A stretch of DNA of 58,601 nt, taken from NCBI GenBank assembly GCA_944391785.1, contig CALXUX010000084.1:1-58601 (forward strand), given 5' to 3'. Position numbers and translations under genes: made by a program. How positions within the stretch are numbered: position 1 is the stretch's first letter; every line of letters begins with the position of its first letter. Shown here piece by piece: positions 20,501-30,090 of this stretch. This DNA comes from an uncultured Clostridia bacterium (GTDB lineage: Bacteria; Bacillota; Clostridia; TANB77; CAG-508). The notes beneath the pieces were generated by a model that saw only the letters and a program-made list of their open reading frames with translations, was not told where the DNA came from and did not search any database.

Positions 20501-21238
20501 ATGGATTTTTTTGATAAATTAGGAAAAAAGGCCAGTGAAGCGTATAAAATAACAGCAGACAAAACAGGAAAAATAGCCAAAGAAGCAAAGCTAAGAATGA
20601 AAATAAGTGAAATAAAAACACAAATAAATGAAATATATGAAGAAATTGGAAAAAAGGTGTATGAAAATCATATAAGAGAAGAAAAGGTTGATCTTAATAA
20701 AAGTCTAGAAGAAGAATGTATGAGAATAGATGTATTAAGTGATGAAATCGAGGACAAATTAAAACAATGTCTTGAATTAAAAGACAAAAAACAATGTCCA
20801 AACTGCTATAAGGAAATAGATAAAAATATGAAATTTTGTCCAGAATGTGGAGCAAAACAAGAAGAAAATATCATAGTAAAAGAAGGAGAAGTAATAGATA
20901 GCAATATAGATATTAAAGAAGAAGAAAAAATAGATAGCGATAAAGATGTTAAAGAAGGCAAAAAAATAGATAGCGATACAGATGTTAAAGAAGGCGAAAA
21001 AATAGATAGCGATATAGATGTTAAAGAAGGCGAAAAAATAGATAGCGATAAAGATGTTAAAGAAGGCGAAATAAAAGATAACAAAACAGAAGTTAAAGTA
21101 GAAAATGAAAACAAAGAAAGTGAAGAAACAAAACAAGAGAATGGTTCTTTTAACTATGAAAGTAAAATAGCAGAAGAACAAAGTAATTTAGCAAAAACAG
21201 TAGAAATAGAATCTAATTCTCGGGATAAGTCAAGGTGA
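20501..21238 (+). CDS. Zinc-ribbon protein with 12-aa tandem repeats. An in-frame CGG at 21221-21223 lies 5 codons before the stop.
   Basis: Zn ribbon CPNCYKEIDKNMKFCPECG, repeats IDSD.DVKEGEK, and tail ...ESNSRDKSR*. The +1 frame from 21222 stays open to 21302. Confidence 0.7.
   Translation: MDFFDKLGKKASEAYKITADKTGKIAKEAKLRMKISEIKTQINEIYEEIGKKVYENHIREEKVDLNKSLEEECMRIDVLSDEIEDKLKQCLELKDKKQCPNCYKEIDKNMKFCPECGAKQEENIIVKEGEVIDSNIDIKEEEKIDSDKDVKEGKKIDSDTDVKEGEKIDSDIDVKEGEKIDSDKDVKEGEIKDNKTEVKVENENKESEETKQENGSFNYESKIAEEQSNLAKTVEIESNSRDKSR
20894..21073 (+). repeat. Five in-frame 36-bp tandem repeats inside the Zn-ribbon gene
   Basis: ATAGATAGCGATAAAGATGTTAAAGAAGGCGAAAAA-type units start at 20894, 20930, 20966, 21002 and 21038. 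Confidence 0.9.
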
Positions 21239-21332
21239 AGAAATATCAGAAGAAAAGATAAAAAACTTATATAGAGAAGAAGATAAATTTGAAAATAGTT
21301 AAAAATGTAATATTTTAATAATGGTGATAAAA

Positions 21333-21773
21333 ATGAAATTAGTAATACAAAGAGTAAAAAATGCAAAAGTAGAAGTAGAAGGCAAAATTGTAGGAAAAAT
21401 AGACAAAGGATTTCTTGTTTTAATTGGAATTACCCATGAAGATAATGAAGAAAAAGCGGAATTCCTTGCAAAAAAATTATGCAATTTAAGAGTTTTTGAA
21501 GATGAAAATCAAAAAATGAACTTAAATTTAAGACAAGTAGCAGGAAAATTATTAGTAGTATCTCAATTTACTTTATATGCAAACTGTAAAGATGGAAATA
21601 GACCATCATTTACAGATGCAGCACCTCCAGAAAAAGCAATAAAACTATATGAATATTTTTGCAAACAATGCAAAGAAAAATACGAAATAGAAACAGAAAA
21701 AGGAATTTTTGGAGCTGATATGCAAGTAACTTTGCAAAATGATGGACCAGTTACAATTATTTTAGAAAAATAA
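21333..21773 (+). CDS. dtd: D-aminoacyl-tRNA deacylase
   Basis: MKLVIQRVKNAKVEV...SQFTLYA...GRRPSF-like NRPSF. I prefer the start at 21333 because it matches the usual MKxVxQRV N-terminus. Confidence 0.9.
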   Translation: MKLVIQRVKNAKVEVEGKIVGKIDKGFLVLIGITHEDNEEKAEFLAKKLCNLRVFEDENQKMNLNLRQVAGKLLVVSQFTLYANCKDGNRPSFTDAAPPEKAIKLYEYFCKQCKEKYEIETEKGIFGADMQVTLQNDGPVTIILEK

Positions 21774-21799
21774 TTTTGGTAAGAATAAAAATATATTTT

Positions 21800-21870
21800 C
21801 GTTATGGTTCATAGCCTATAATAATCTTTAGGGCTTCTCTACAATTTTTATAACTGTAAATTGTAATATA
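21800..21870. repeat. Partial copy (right-end motif only) of the palindrome-element family
   Basis: ...CTTTAGGGCTTCTCTACAATTTTTATAACTGTAAATTGTAAT shares GGCTTCTCTACA with 44236-44247 and GCTTCTCTACA with 50921-50931. Confidence 0.5.
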
Positions 21871-21955
21871 TTTTCTTGTTGTGAATTAGAAAATTATAAT
21901 TTTATAAATAAAAAACATGTAAAAAGTAAAAATTATCTAAAAGATAATAATTAAA

Positions 21956-21999
21956 AATAACACCTATAAAATTATGTGAATTATTTTATAGGTGTTATT
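21956..21999. terminator. Bidirectional terminator hairpin between dtd and the convergent gene
   Basis: Perfect 17-bp arms AATAACACCTATAAAAT and ATTTTATAGGTGTTATT with a 10-nt loop and A/T runs on both sides. Confidence 0.75.
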
Positions 22000-22112
22000 C
22001 TAATAACTTTATATAAACAATTATAAACATAAAACAAATACAAAAATATAAATAAATATCATAAAAATTTTTAATCATAAAAATTTAAATAAAGATGCTA
22101 TTTAAAAAAATT

Positions 22113-22391
22113 CTAATAAGGATATCTCTCAAAAAGATATCTGATTAATAAATCAGCATTATTTTCAGTAATATTAATATAAACATCCTTATCCAAACTA
22201 ACTAACAAATTCAACTTAAAATCATCAGAATTATCAATATAAGTACCTATAATATCAGCTAATTCAATTGGATTATGATATTCTTTTTCCCAGGACAAAT
22301 TATTATCCAAATCCAAAGAAGTATTATAAAATTTACTCAAAAATTTATTTATTTCACCTTTTTTATTACTAAAAATACTCAAAGTAACCAT
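22113..22391 (-). CDS. Hypothetical small protein
   Basis: I chose the start at 22391 (MVTLSIFSNKKGEINKF...) because GGAG lies 6 nt upstream. The track N-terminal extension is low-complexity F/L/I sequence. Confidence 0.5.
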   Translation of the reverse strand: MVTLSIFSNKKGEINKFLSKFYNTSLDLDNNLSWEKEYHNPIELADIIGTYIDNSDDFKLNLLVSLDKDVYINITENNADLLIRYLFERYPY

Positions 22392-22540
22392 AAAAAACTC
22401 CATTTTAAATTCTATTTTTATTATAAAAAATTTTAAACAAAATATACATATAAAAAATAAAAAAAGGAAACAATAATAAAAAGAAATTAGAAACACTTAG
22501 AAAAATCTATAAAAAAATTAATTGAAATGGAGGAACTATT

Positions 22541-23476
22541 TTGAAAAAATCACTTAAAATTTTATTTTATGTAATTACTGTATTTATTGTAATATTAATA
22601 GGGTTTGGAATATATTATGCAGTTCATAGTACAAATAAAAATGACGAACAAATACAATCAAAAGTTATATCAGAAATAGAATATATAGACGAAAAATTAA
22701 TTTCTTTTTTTAATGATATGAATAATGTAGAATATGAAAACTATAAATTAGTAGTTCAAGAATTAGGAACAACAAACAATAGCAAAGAAGATCAAAAATT
22801 AAGCGAAAGTACTAATTTAGCAAACGGAGAATCACAGACCAAAGAAAGCTCTAATAATCAATCTCAAAATACAAGTCAAGGAAGTTTAGCCACAAACTCA
22901 GAAAGCAAAGAAGAAACAAAAAAGTATTCAATGGAAGAAGCAGGAATACTAGTAGATAGCAAAGATATAAACTGGGAAAAACTACAAACACAAGTAGAAA
23001 ATTTATATATATCTATACCAACAATAACACTAGACATATATAAAGTAACAAAAAATCAAGAAGAAATATTAAAATTCAACTCTCAATTTGACGAATTAAC
23101 TCAAGCCATGAAAACTGAAAACAAAGAAGAAACACTATCAAAACTAGTCAACCTATATGAAACAATGAACAATTTTGTAACACAAGTATCTAAAAGCGAT
23201 AACGAAAAAATAATATCCCAAACAAAGCTAAATATATTAAAAGCATATAGTAAACTAGACTCAAAAAATTGGCAAGAAATAGCAAATGACATACAAACAG
23301 CAACTAAAAACTTTGAAATATTACTAACAGATATAGAAGTAAGCGAGCAAAAGCAATACACAATAAACAAAGTATATATAATGTTAAACGAAATGCTAAG
23401 TGCAGTAGAAAAACAAGACCAAGATGTTTTTTTAATAAAATACAAAAATTTACTAGAAGATTTAAACAATATATGA
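22541..23476 (+). CDS. Hypothetical membrane-anchored protein (one N-terminal TM helix, S/N/Q-rich linker, helical C-terminal region)
   Basis: TTG start preceded by GGAGG (22529-22533). N-terminus is MKKSLKILFYVITVFIVILIGFGIYYAV. Confidence 0.6.
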   Translation: MKKSLKILFYVITVFIVILIGFGIYYAVHSTNKNDEQIQSKVISEIEYIDEKLISFFNDMNNVEYENYKLVVQELGTTNNSKEDQKLSESTNLANGESQTKESSNNQSQNTSQGSLATNSESKEETKKYSMEEAGILVDSKDINWEKLQTQVENLYISIPTITLDIYKVTKNQEEILKFNSQFDELTQAMKTENKEETLSKLVNLYETMNNFVTQVSKSDNEKIISQTKLNILKAYSKLDSKNWQEIANDIQTATKNFEILLTDIEVSEQKQYTINKVYIMLNEMLSAVEKQDQDVFLIKYKNLLEDLNNI

Positions 23477-23491
23477 TATAATAAAATCTAG

Positions 23492-23838
23492 AGTAAATTG
23501 AATAGTCGCTGGTAAATTCCGAAAGGAACTACGAGAGGAAAGTCCGGGCTCCATAGAGCAATGATGCTAGATAACGTCTAGTGGGGGAAACCCCAAGGAA
23601 AGTGCAACAGAAAATAACCGCCTAAAAAATTTAGGTAAGGGTGAAAAGGTGAGGTAAGAGCTTACCAGAGCTATGGTGACATAGCTTGTTTTGTGTAAAC
23701 CCCATCAGGAGCAACACCTTAAAAAGAAGATAAAGCCTGCTCGGCGCCTTCTTAACATGAGTGGCTTGAGGTATGTAGTGATACATATCCTAGATAAATG
23801 ACTATTTTAAAAGACAGAACCCGGCTTACAGATTTACT
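23492..23838 (+). ncRNA. rnpB: RNase P RNA (Firmicutes-type)
   Basis: GAGGAAAGTCCGGGCTCC, ACAGAAA, GGGTGAAAAGGTGAGGTAAGAGCTTACC and ACAGAACCCGGCTTA are present. The ends pair (GTAAATTG with CAGATTTAC). It forms a GC-rich island in AT-rich DNA. Confidence 0.92.
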
Positions 23839-24745
23839 TAAAATTTAAATTGGTCAATTGTGACCTGGTCACGATTGACCATTTTGGGTAATCAGTAATT
23901 GTTATTTTTTTACCGCCAACTGGATGAACAAATTCTACTCTATAACAATGTAGCATTTGAAAGCTACTAATAGGTGAGGCATCTCCATATAAAGTATCTC
24001 CAACTAAAGGATGATTTAAGTATGAAAAATGCACTCTTATTTGATGTGTTCTTCCTGTTTCTAGTACACATTCAACTAGGCTTGAACTTTCGAAATCCTT
24101 TAAGACTTTATAATGAGTTATTGCTGTTTTTCCTTTTTTAAAGTCAATACATCTTTCTATGATACTATTAGGTTTTCTTGCTATTGGTAAATTTATTGTA
24201 TCTGTTTTTTTCTCTAAGTTTCCATTTACTAGTGCTAAATAACGTTTTTCAAATTGTTTTGACTGCATTTCTTTTATTAAATATTCTTGAATGTATTCAC
24301 ATTTTGCAAAAATTACAATTCCTGATGTTCCAAAGTCTAGTCTATTTACTGGGCGGATTTTTTTATGTAAGCCAATTGTGTCAAAATAATATTTGATTCC
24401 ATTTGAAAGTGAATCTTCAAAGTGTAACATTGATGGATGTATTGCAATTCCAGCAGGTTTTGAAATGATTAATATCCAGTCATCTTCATAAAGAATTGAT
24501 AGTGGCATTTTTTTAGGAATTATGTTTGAATTGTCTTCTTGGTTTGAAAAATCGATGTTTATTTTATCATTTATATTTGGCTTTAGTTTTGTGTTTATAC
24601 TTGTGCCATTTATTTTTATTCGATTTTCTTTTATTAGTTTTTGTAGTAGTTTTGTTGAAATTTGTAGTTCGTTTTTTAAAATTTCATTGTATGAATTGAA
24701 AAATTCTTTAGTCACAGTATAATTAATTTCCATTTTTAAATTCAT
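23834..24745 (-). CDS. RluA-family pseudouridine synthase with an N-terminal S4-like domain. The start is uncertain. The last 15 or so codons are encoded by the palindromic repeat.
   Basis: Catalytic motif RPVNRLDFGTSGIVIFAK, then ...GRTHQIRVHF... The track ORF N-terminus MVNYDLVTINQ is repeat-derived, so an internal ATG (24745 or 24733) is more likely. Confidence 0.8.
   Translation of the reverse strand: MNLKMEINYTVTKEFFNSYNEILKNELQISTKLLQKLIKENRIKINGTSINTKLKPNINDKINIDFSNQEDNSNIIPKKMPLSILYEDDWILIISKPAGIAIHPSMLHFEDSLSNGIKYYFDTIGLHKKIRPVNRLDFGTSGIVIFAKCEYIQEYLIKEMQSKQFEKRYLALVNGNLEKKTDTINLPIARKPNSIIERCIDFKKGKTAITHYKVLKDFESSSLVECVLETGRTHQIRVHFSYLNHPLVGDTLYGDASPISSFQMLHCYRVEFVHPVGGKKITITDYPKWSIVTRSQLTNLNFK
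23851..23881. repeat. GGTCA/TGACC palindromic repeat, copy 2
   Basis: TGGTCAATTGTGACCTGGTCACGATTGACCA. Confidence 0.9.
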
Positions 24746-24755
24746 TCCTTCCTTT

Positions 24756-24786
24756 TGGTTAATCGTGACCAGGTCATAATTAACCA
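24756..24786. repeat. GGTCA/TGACC palindromic repeat, copy 3 (diverged)
   Basis: TGGTTAATCGTGACCAGGTCATAATTAACCA. Confidence 0.85.
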
Positions 24787-25369
24787 TTTATAAAAAAATA
24801 GCAAATAGTATTGCTAAAATATGACAATATATGGTAAAATATGACAAACATATATAAAAATAAAAGTCCTAGAAATTTAGAACTTTTATTATTCACCTAA
24901 GTGAAGCTAAATTGCTTTAGCATTAAAGGTTAAATCATATTTTAACTCATTGTGCTATTTTAGATAGTATCATAAACAAAAGGTTGTGTCAATATGAAAA
25001 AACACGATAAAATAGATAAGATTGTTTTTTAAAAAAGAATGACTGGTTGAAATATATAAGTATTCATTGTATAATAATGTAAATTTGTTGATTATAGAAC
25101 GAAATAATAAAGAACAATTTATAAATATGAAGAGATTTTCTTTATTGATGAGAATTTTTGTAATTTTATTATATGATTTTTATCTAAAATAATACAACGG
25201 AGTCATTAACTGAAAAAATCTTGCATGATTTGAGATTTTAGAATTTGTCCAGTTAGAAAAATTACTTTTGATGATATGAAAAACGTACCTATCGAATAGG
25301 TAAAGTAAAAGATCTTAAAATAAAAGGAGCTTTCTAGTATAATTAATTTTAATAAAAGGGGGAATAAAA

Positions 25370-26038
25370 ATGGAAACTAATTCAAATTCTAATAATAATC
25401 AAAAAAATATTAATAATACTTCTCAATCAACACTTAATTCTACAATTTCAAAGAAATCTTTCTGGAAAGATAAGAAAAATATAGCAATTATAATTTTATC
25501 TTTTTTACTTTTTTGTTTTATAATTGCTTATGCTAATTCAGATACCTATGATTACACTTCACAAATAGACGACTTAACTAATCAAATAAGTAGTTTAAAA
25601 TCAGAAAATGACGAACTTAATAATAAGATATCTGATAACCAATCACAAATTACTAACTTGCAAGATGCGAATAAACTTTTACAAGAAGAAAAAGCAACTT
25701 TAGAAGCAGAAAAACAAGAATTAACAACTAAAATAAATGAATTACAAAAAACATCTTCTACTAATAATTCTTCTCAAACTTCATCTAACAAAGTTTCTAC
25801 TGCTACTTCTCAAGACAAGCAAACACCTTCTTCTTCTGCATCATCATCTTCTTCAACACAACAAATATCATCTGGTTCTACAAGTACATCAAATAGTAAT
25901 TCACAAATGGTCTGGGTTGGAGAAACTGGAACTAAATACCATAATCAAGATTGCAGAACTTTAAAAGGAAAAGGTCATCAAATTACTTTACAACAAGCTT
26001 TATCAGAAGGTAGAGAACCTTGTAAAGTTTGTCATTAA
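25370..26038 (+). CDS. Hypothetical membrane-anchored coiled-coil protein with an S-rich linker and a C-terminal Cys motif
   Basis: RBS GGGGGA. TM segment IAIIILSFLLFCFIIAY, a heptad-like region, and C-terminus GTKYHNQDCRTLKGKGHQITLQQALSEGREPCKVCH. Confidence 0.6.
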   Translation: METNSNSNNNQKNINNTSQSTLNSTISKKSFWKDKKNIAIIILSFLLFCFIIAYANSDTYDYTSQIDDLTNQISSLKSENDELNNKISDNQSQITNLQDANKLLQEEKATLEAEKQELTTKINELQKTSSTNNSSQTSSNKVSTATSQDKQTPSSSASSSSSTQQISSGSTSTSNSNSQMVWVGETGTKYHNQDCRTLKGKGHQITLQQALSEGREPCKVCH

Positions 26039-26203
26039 AGGAGTATTAATATGTTTTAATATTTATGGGATTTATGAAAAAGATGTCTTTTCTGTCACTA
26101 ATTTAAACAAAAAATCATAGATAAAAAAGAAACAAAAATCAATATCTCAAAAAAATTAATAAAAACACACAAAATAATTCACAATCAGAAAGGAAACAAA
26201 AAA

Positions 26204-26875
26204 ATGCGAATCAGATACAAAAAATGGGCAAGACCCGAATTAGAAGCAAGTACATTTTACGTAAAAAACCCAGAAGAAATGAAAGGAAAATGGAAAGAAT
26301 TTTTCCAAAAACCAAAGAACCCTATCCACTTAGAACTAGGCTGTGGAAAAGGAACATTTATATCAAAATTAGCCTCTACAAATTTAAATATAAACTATAT
26401 AGCAATAGACCTAGTAGATGCAATGCTTGGCCTTGCCAAAAGAAATATAGAAGCAGAATACAAAGCAAAAAAACTAGACACCACAAATATAGCAATAACA
26501 AGATTTGACATAGAAAGAATATTATTAATATTGGAAAAACAAGATAACATCCAAAGAATATATATAAATTTCTGCAACCCATGGCCAAGAGGAAAACACA
26601 GAAAAAAAAGACTAACACACACAATTCAACTAGAAAAATACAAGCAATTTTTAAGTAATGAAGCAGAAATATATTTCAAAACAGACGATGACGATTTATT
26701 TAATTCAAGTTTAATATATTTCAAAGAAGCAGGATTTGAAATTATAAATAAAACCTATGATTTACATACTAATCCAATATTTGAAAACAATATAGAAACA
26801 GAACATGAAAAAATGTTTACAGATCAGGGCATAAAAATAAAAGCATTAATTGCAAAATTACCTAAAAATAATTAG
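26204..26875 (+). CDS. trmB: tRNA (guanine-N7)-methyltransferase
   Basis: MRIRYKKWARPELE...LELGCGKG...INFCNPWPRGKHRKKRL. Confidence 0.88.
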   Translation: MRIRYKKWARPELEASTFYVKNPEEMKGKWKEFFQKPKNPIHLELGCGKGTFISKLASTNLNINYIAIDLVDAMLGLAKRNIEAEYKAKKLDTTNIAITRFDIERILLILEKQDNIQRIYINFCNPWPRGKHRKKRLTHTIQLEKYKQFLSNEAEIYFKTDDDDLFNSSLIYFKEAGFEIINKTYDLHTNPIFENNIETEHEKMFTDQGIKIKALIAKLPKNN

Positions 26876-26963
26876 TATATAAAATAACAAATTTGTTGTA
26901 TTTTTTCAAAAAATTGGTATAATAATAAAAGAAAATACAAAAGTAAAAAGGAGGAAAAAATTT

Positions 26964-28109
26964 ATGTTAAAAAAAGTTGCAATTCTAGCCAATGGAGGAG
27001 ATGTTGCAGGATTTAATGCTGTTATAAGAGGAATTGTAAAAACGGCAGAAAACAATGGAGTAGAGTGTTATGGATTTATTGATGGATATAATGGATTATT
27101 AAAAAATGAATATGAAAGATTAAGTACAGCAGAAAACGGAAATGCAGAAGGAATTTTACCAAAAGGTGGTTCAATAATAGGATCATCCACAAATGCAAAT
27201 GTATTTAACTATAAAGTAGTAGATGAAAGAGGAAATGTAGAATATATGGATTTATCAGATGTATGTATAGACAACATAAAAAAAGATGGATTTGATTGTA
27301 TATTTACATTAGGTGGAGATGGAACACAAAAATCAGCAAGAGATTTTGCAGTAAAAGGAGTAAATGTAATAGGAGTGCCAAAAACTATAGACAATGATGT
27401 AGCATGTACAGAAATAACATTTGGATATAATACAGCAGTATCAGTTGCAATGGAAGCAATAGATAGACTTCACACAACAGGAGAAACACATCATAGAATA
27501 ATGGTATTAGAAGTAATGGGAAGATATGCAGGGTGGATAGCATTAGAATCTGCAATAGCAGGTGGAGCAGATGTTGCATTAATTCCAGAAATTCCATATG
27601 ACATAGAAAAAGTTGCAGGAAAGATAAAAAATAGACAAAAAAGAGGAAAAAATTTTAGCGTAGTAGTAGTGGCAGAAGGAGCAAAACCAATAAATGGAGA
27701 AATAACAGTTGAAAATACAAGAGATAATGGAAAGGGAGTAGACAACACTAAACTTGGAGGAGTCGGACCAAAAGTTGCAAAACAATTAGAAGAATTAACA
27801 GGGCTAGAAGCAAGAAATACAACACTTGGATATATGCAAAGAGGAGGAACACCAACAGCATTTGATAGAGTATTATCAACAAAATATGGAACAAAAGCAA
27901 TGCAACTTGCATTAGAAGGAAAATTTGGAACACTTGCAGTTATAAAAAATGGGAAATTAGATAGTGTCTCTTTAGAAGATGTAGTAGGAAAAAACAAAAA
28001 AATAGGAGCAGTATCAGGAAATACTGCAGAAAGTAATCAAAGAAAAGTAACAATGGATGATGATTTAGTAAAAACAGCAAGAAGTGTTGGAATAAATTTA
28101 GGAGATTAA
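26964..28109 (+). CDS. pfkA: 6-phosphofructokinase (PfkA family). The phosphoryl donor cannot be determined from the sequence.
   Basis: GGDVAGFNA, TLGGDGT, PKTIDNDV, MGRYAGW, GYMQRGG. Confidence 0.85.
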   Translation: MLKKVAILANGGDVAGFNAVIRGIVKTAENNGVECYGFIDGYNGLLKNEYERLSTAENGNAEGILPKGGSIIGSSTNANVFNYKVVDERGNVEYMDLSDVCIDNIKKDGFDCIFTLGGDGTQKSARDFAVKGVNVIGVPKTIDNDVACTEITFGYNTAVSVAMEAIDRLHTTGETHHRIMVLEVMGRYAGWIALESAIAGGADVALIPEIPYDIEKVAGKIKNRQKRGKNFSVVVVAEGAKPINGEITVENTRDNGKGVDNTKLGGVGPKVAKQLEELTGLEARNTTLGYMQRGGTPTAFDRVLSTKYGTKAMQLALEGKFGTLAVIKNGKLDSVSLEDVVGKNKKIGAVSGNTAESNQRKVTMDDDLVKTARSVGINLGD

Positions 28110-28202
28110 ATAATAAAAATTACAATTTAAGCAAACATTATTCACAAAACAGACACAAAACTAAAGTATTATATAAACAATCAAAACATCCCCTTTTATT
28201 TT

Positions 28203-28235
28203 ACTGATTAACTTAAGAAAAATAAGTTAATCAGT
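28203..28235. terminator. Bidirectional terminator hairpin between pfkA and tsaB-rimI
   Basis: ACTGATTAACTTA and TAAGTTAATCAGT arms (13 bp, perfect) with a 7-nt loop, followed by T residues. Confidence 0.75.
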
Positions 28236-28245
28236 TTTATTATAT

Positions 28246-29361
28246 TTATTTTTGCAATATTTTTTTCATTAAAATAGCATCATTTATATTATTATAATAT
28301 TTCTTACGTCTTCCAACTTCGGTAAAATCTAAATTTTTATACAAATTAATTGCAGCAAAATTATTTTCATTTACTTCTAAATTTATAGCATTAATATTAA
28401 AAGAAACACATAAATTTTCAATATCATGCATCAAAGCTTTAGCAATACCTTGTTTTCTAAAAGATTTTTTAACTGCAATATTCATAATATCAGCTTCATC
28501 TAGCACAATTTTTATACCAGCAAAACCAACAATTTCTCCATTAATCAAAGCAACTAGAAATTTTGAATTTTTAGACTTAACTTCGTTTATTAAATTTTGC
28601 AAGTTCCAAAAATTATCAAATTGATCAATATTTATTAAATTACAATCTTCTATTACCATAGGTCTTATAGAAATATTTTTACTTTCTAATTGTCTTTGTG
28701 CTTGAGGCTTTTTTAAATATAAAGGCAGAATATTATAATTTGACTTAGGATTAGAACAATATAAATTAAAACCAATTAATCCTAAGTTATAAATATCAAG
28801 CAAATTAAAATTACTAAATGTATATTTTTTAATATTATCAGAAACTATATTTTTAAAATTATCGTTTAAATCTCCAACAAATGTAATATTATCATCAGGA
28901 TAATTCTGGTTAATAAATTCTATACAATTTTCAAAACTATCAGAATTAGGTTCTTTTAATATAGTATAGATATTTCCCTCTAAATTATAAATTCCATAAT
29001 AACAATTATTATTTTTACAATCAATTACACTGCAAATAATTCCAGGAGATTTTACATTATAAGCAAGAGTTATTAAAGAATCGACCCCTATTGCAGGGAT
29101 ATTAAAACTATCCTCAAAAGCCTTAGCAGTTGCAATACCAATACGAATTCCTGTAAAAGAGCCAGGACCAATATCACATACCATTAGATTAATATTTTTT
29201 AAGCTTAAATCATTTTCAGATAACAATTTTTGGATAATAGGCATCAAATTTTGAGAATGTGTTAATCCATTATCTAATTCTATTTTATCTATTAAATTAT
29301 TATTTTCTAAAATAGCACAGCTACATAGCTTGCTAGAAGTATCAAAACATAGTATTTTCAA
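28246..29361 (-). CDS. Fusion protein: t6A-pathway TsaB (YeaZ) N-terminal domain plus RimI-type GNAT acetyltransferase C-terminal domain
   Basis: The N-terminus MKILCFDTSS...DIGPGSFTGIRIG is TsaB-like. Residues from about 230 onward (VALINGEIVGFAGI...RKQGIAKALM...NLEVNENNFAAINLYKNLDF) look like a GNAT fold. It is a single ORF of 371 aa. Confidence 0.8.
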   Translation of the reverse strand: MKILCFDTSSKLCSCAILENNNLIDKIELDNGLTHSQNLMPIIQKLLSENDLSLKNINLMVCDIGPGSFTGIRIGIATAKAFEDSFNIPAIGVDSLITLAYNVKSPGIICSVIDCKNNNCYYGIYNLEGNIYTILKEPNSDSFENCIEFINQNYPDDNITFVGDLNDNFKNIVSDNIKKYTFSNFNLLDIYNLGLIGFNLYCSNPKSNYNILPLYLKKPQAQRQLESKNISIRPMVIEDCNLINIDQFDNFWNLQNLINEVKSKNSKFLVALINGEIVGFAGIKIVLDEADIMNIAVKKSFRKQGIAKALMHDIENLCVSFNINAINLEVNENNFAAINLYKNLDFTEVGRRKKYYNNINDAILMKKILQK

Positions 29362-29377
29362 AATAAACCTCCATTAA

Positions 29378-29839
29378 TTAAACTAAACAATTAACTAAAT
29401 TTTCAAATCTTTTTCCAAAAGGTTCTAAATTCATAATTCTTCTATTTTCATTTAAATTATCTTTAATTATGCTAACTTTTAAATATTCAGAAGGTAAAGC
29501 ATCTTCTATTAATTCAGCCCATTCTATAATGCAAATTCCTTTATCAAAATACTCTTCACCGCCTATTTCATAAAACTCAGAAGAATCTGATAATCTATAT
29601 ACATCAAAATGATATATATTAATATTTTCATTTATATATTCATTAACAATAGTAAAAGTAGGGCTAGAAATTTCATTTTCAAGATTAAAGTATGATAAAA
29701 TGCCTTCAGTAAATTTGGTTTTTCCAGCACCTAATTCACCTGTTAAAGTTATAATATCACCTTTTCTTAAATATGATCCAAGTTTTTTTCCAAAATTTAA
29801 AGTTTCCTCTTCCGAATTTGAAAAAAATGTATAACTCAT
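29378..29839 (-). CDS. tsaE: t6A-pathway ATPase TsaE
   Basis: P-loop GELGAGKTKFTEG, ...SPTFTIVNEY..., 153 aa, immediately upstream of the tsaB-rimI fusion. Confidence 0.88.
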   Translation of the reverse strand: MSYTFFSNSEEETLNFGKKLGSYLRKGDIITLTGELGAGKTKFTEGILSYFNLENEISSPTFTIVNEYINENINIYHFDVYRLSDSSEFYEIGGEEYFDKGICIIEWAELIEDALPSEYLKVSIIKDNLNENRRIMNLEPFGKRFENLVNCLV

Positions 29840-30090
29840 AATAAAGCTCCTTAATAATTTAAAATTCTAAATTTAATAATATTGATTTTAACACAAAAAA
29901 CTTGGCAGGTCAATTACTAGAAGATTTTAATAAAATTTTACAATGTAGGTTTTAATAAAATTATGCAATATACAGTTAATTAAAAATTTAATAAAAATTA
30001 AACAAAGCTATTGCTAAAATCCAAAAACTGTAATATAATTGCAATAAAATTGTAATAAAAATGAAAAATGTATGAGAGGGAGAGAATAAA

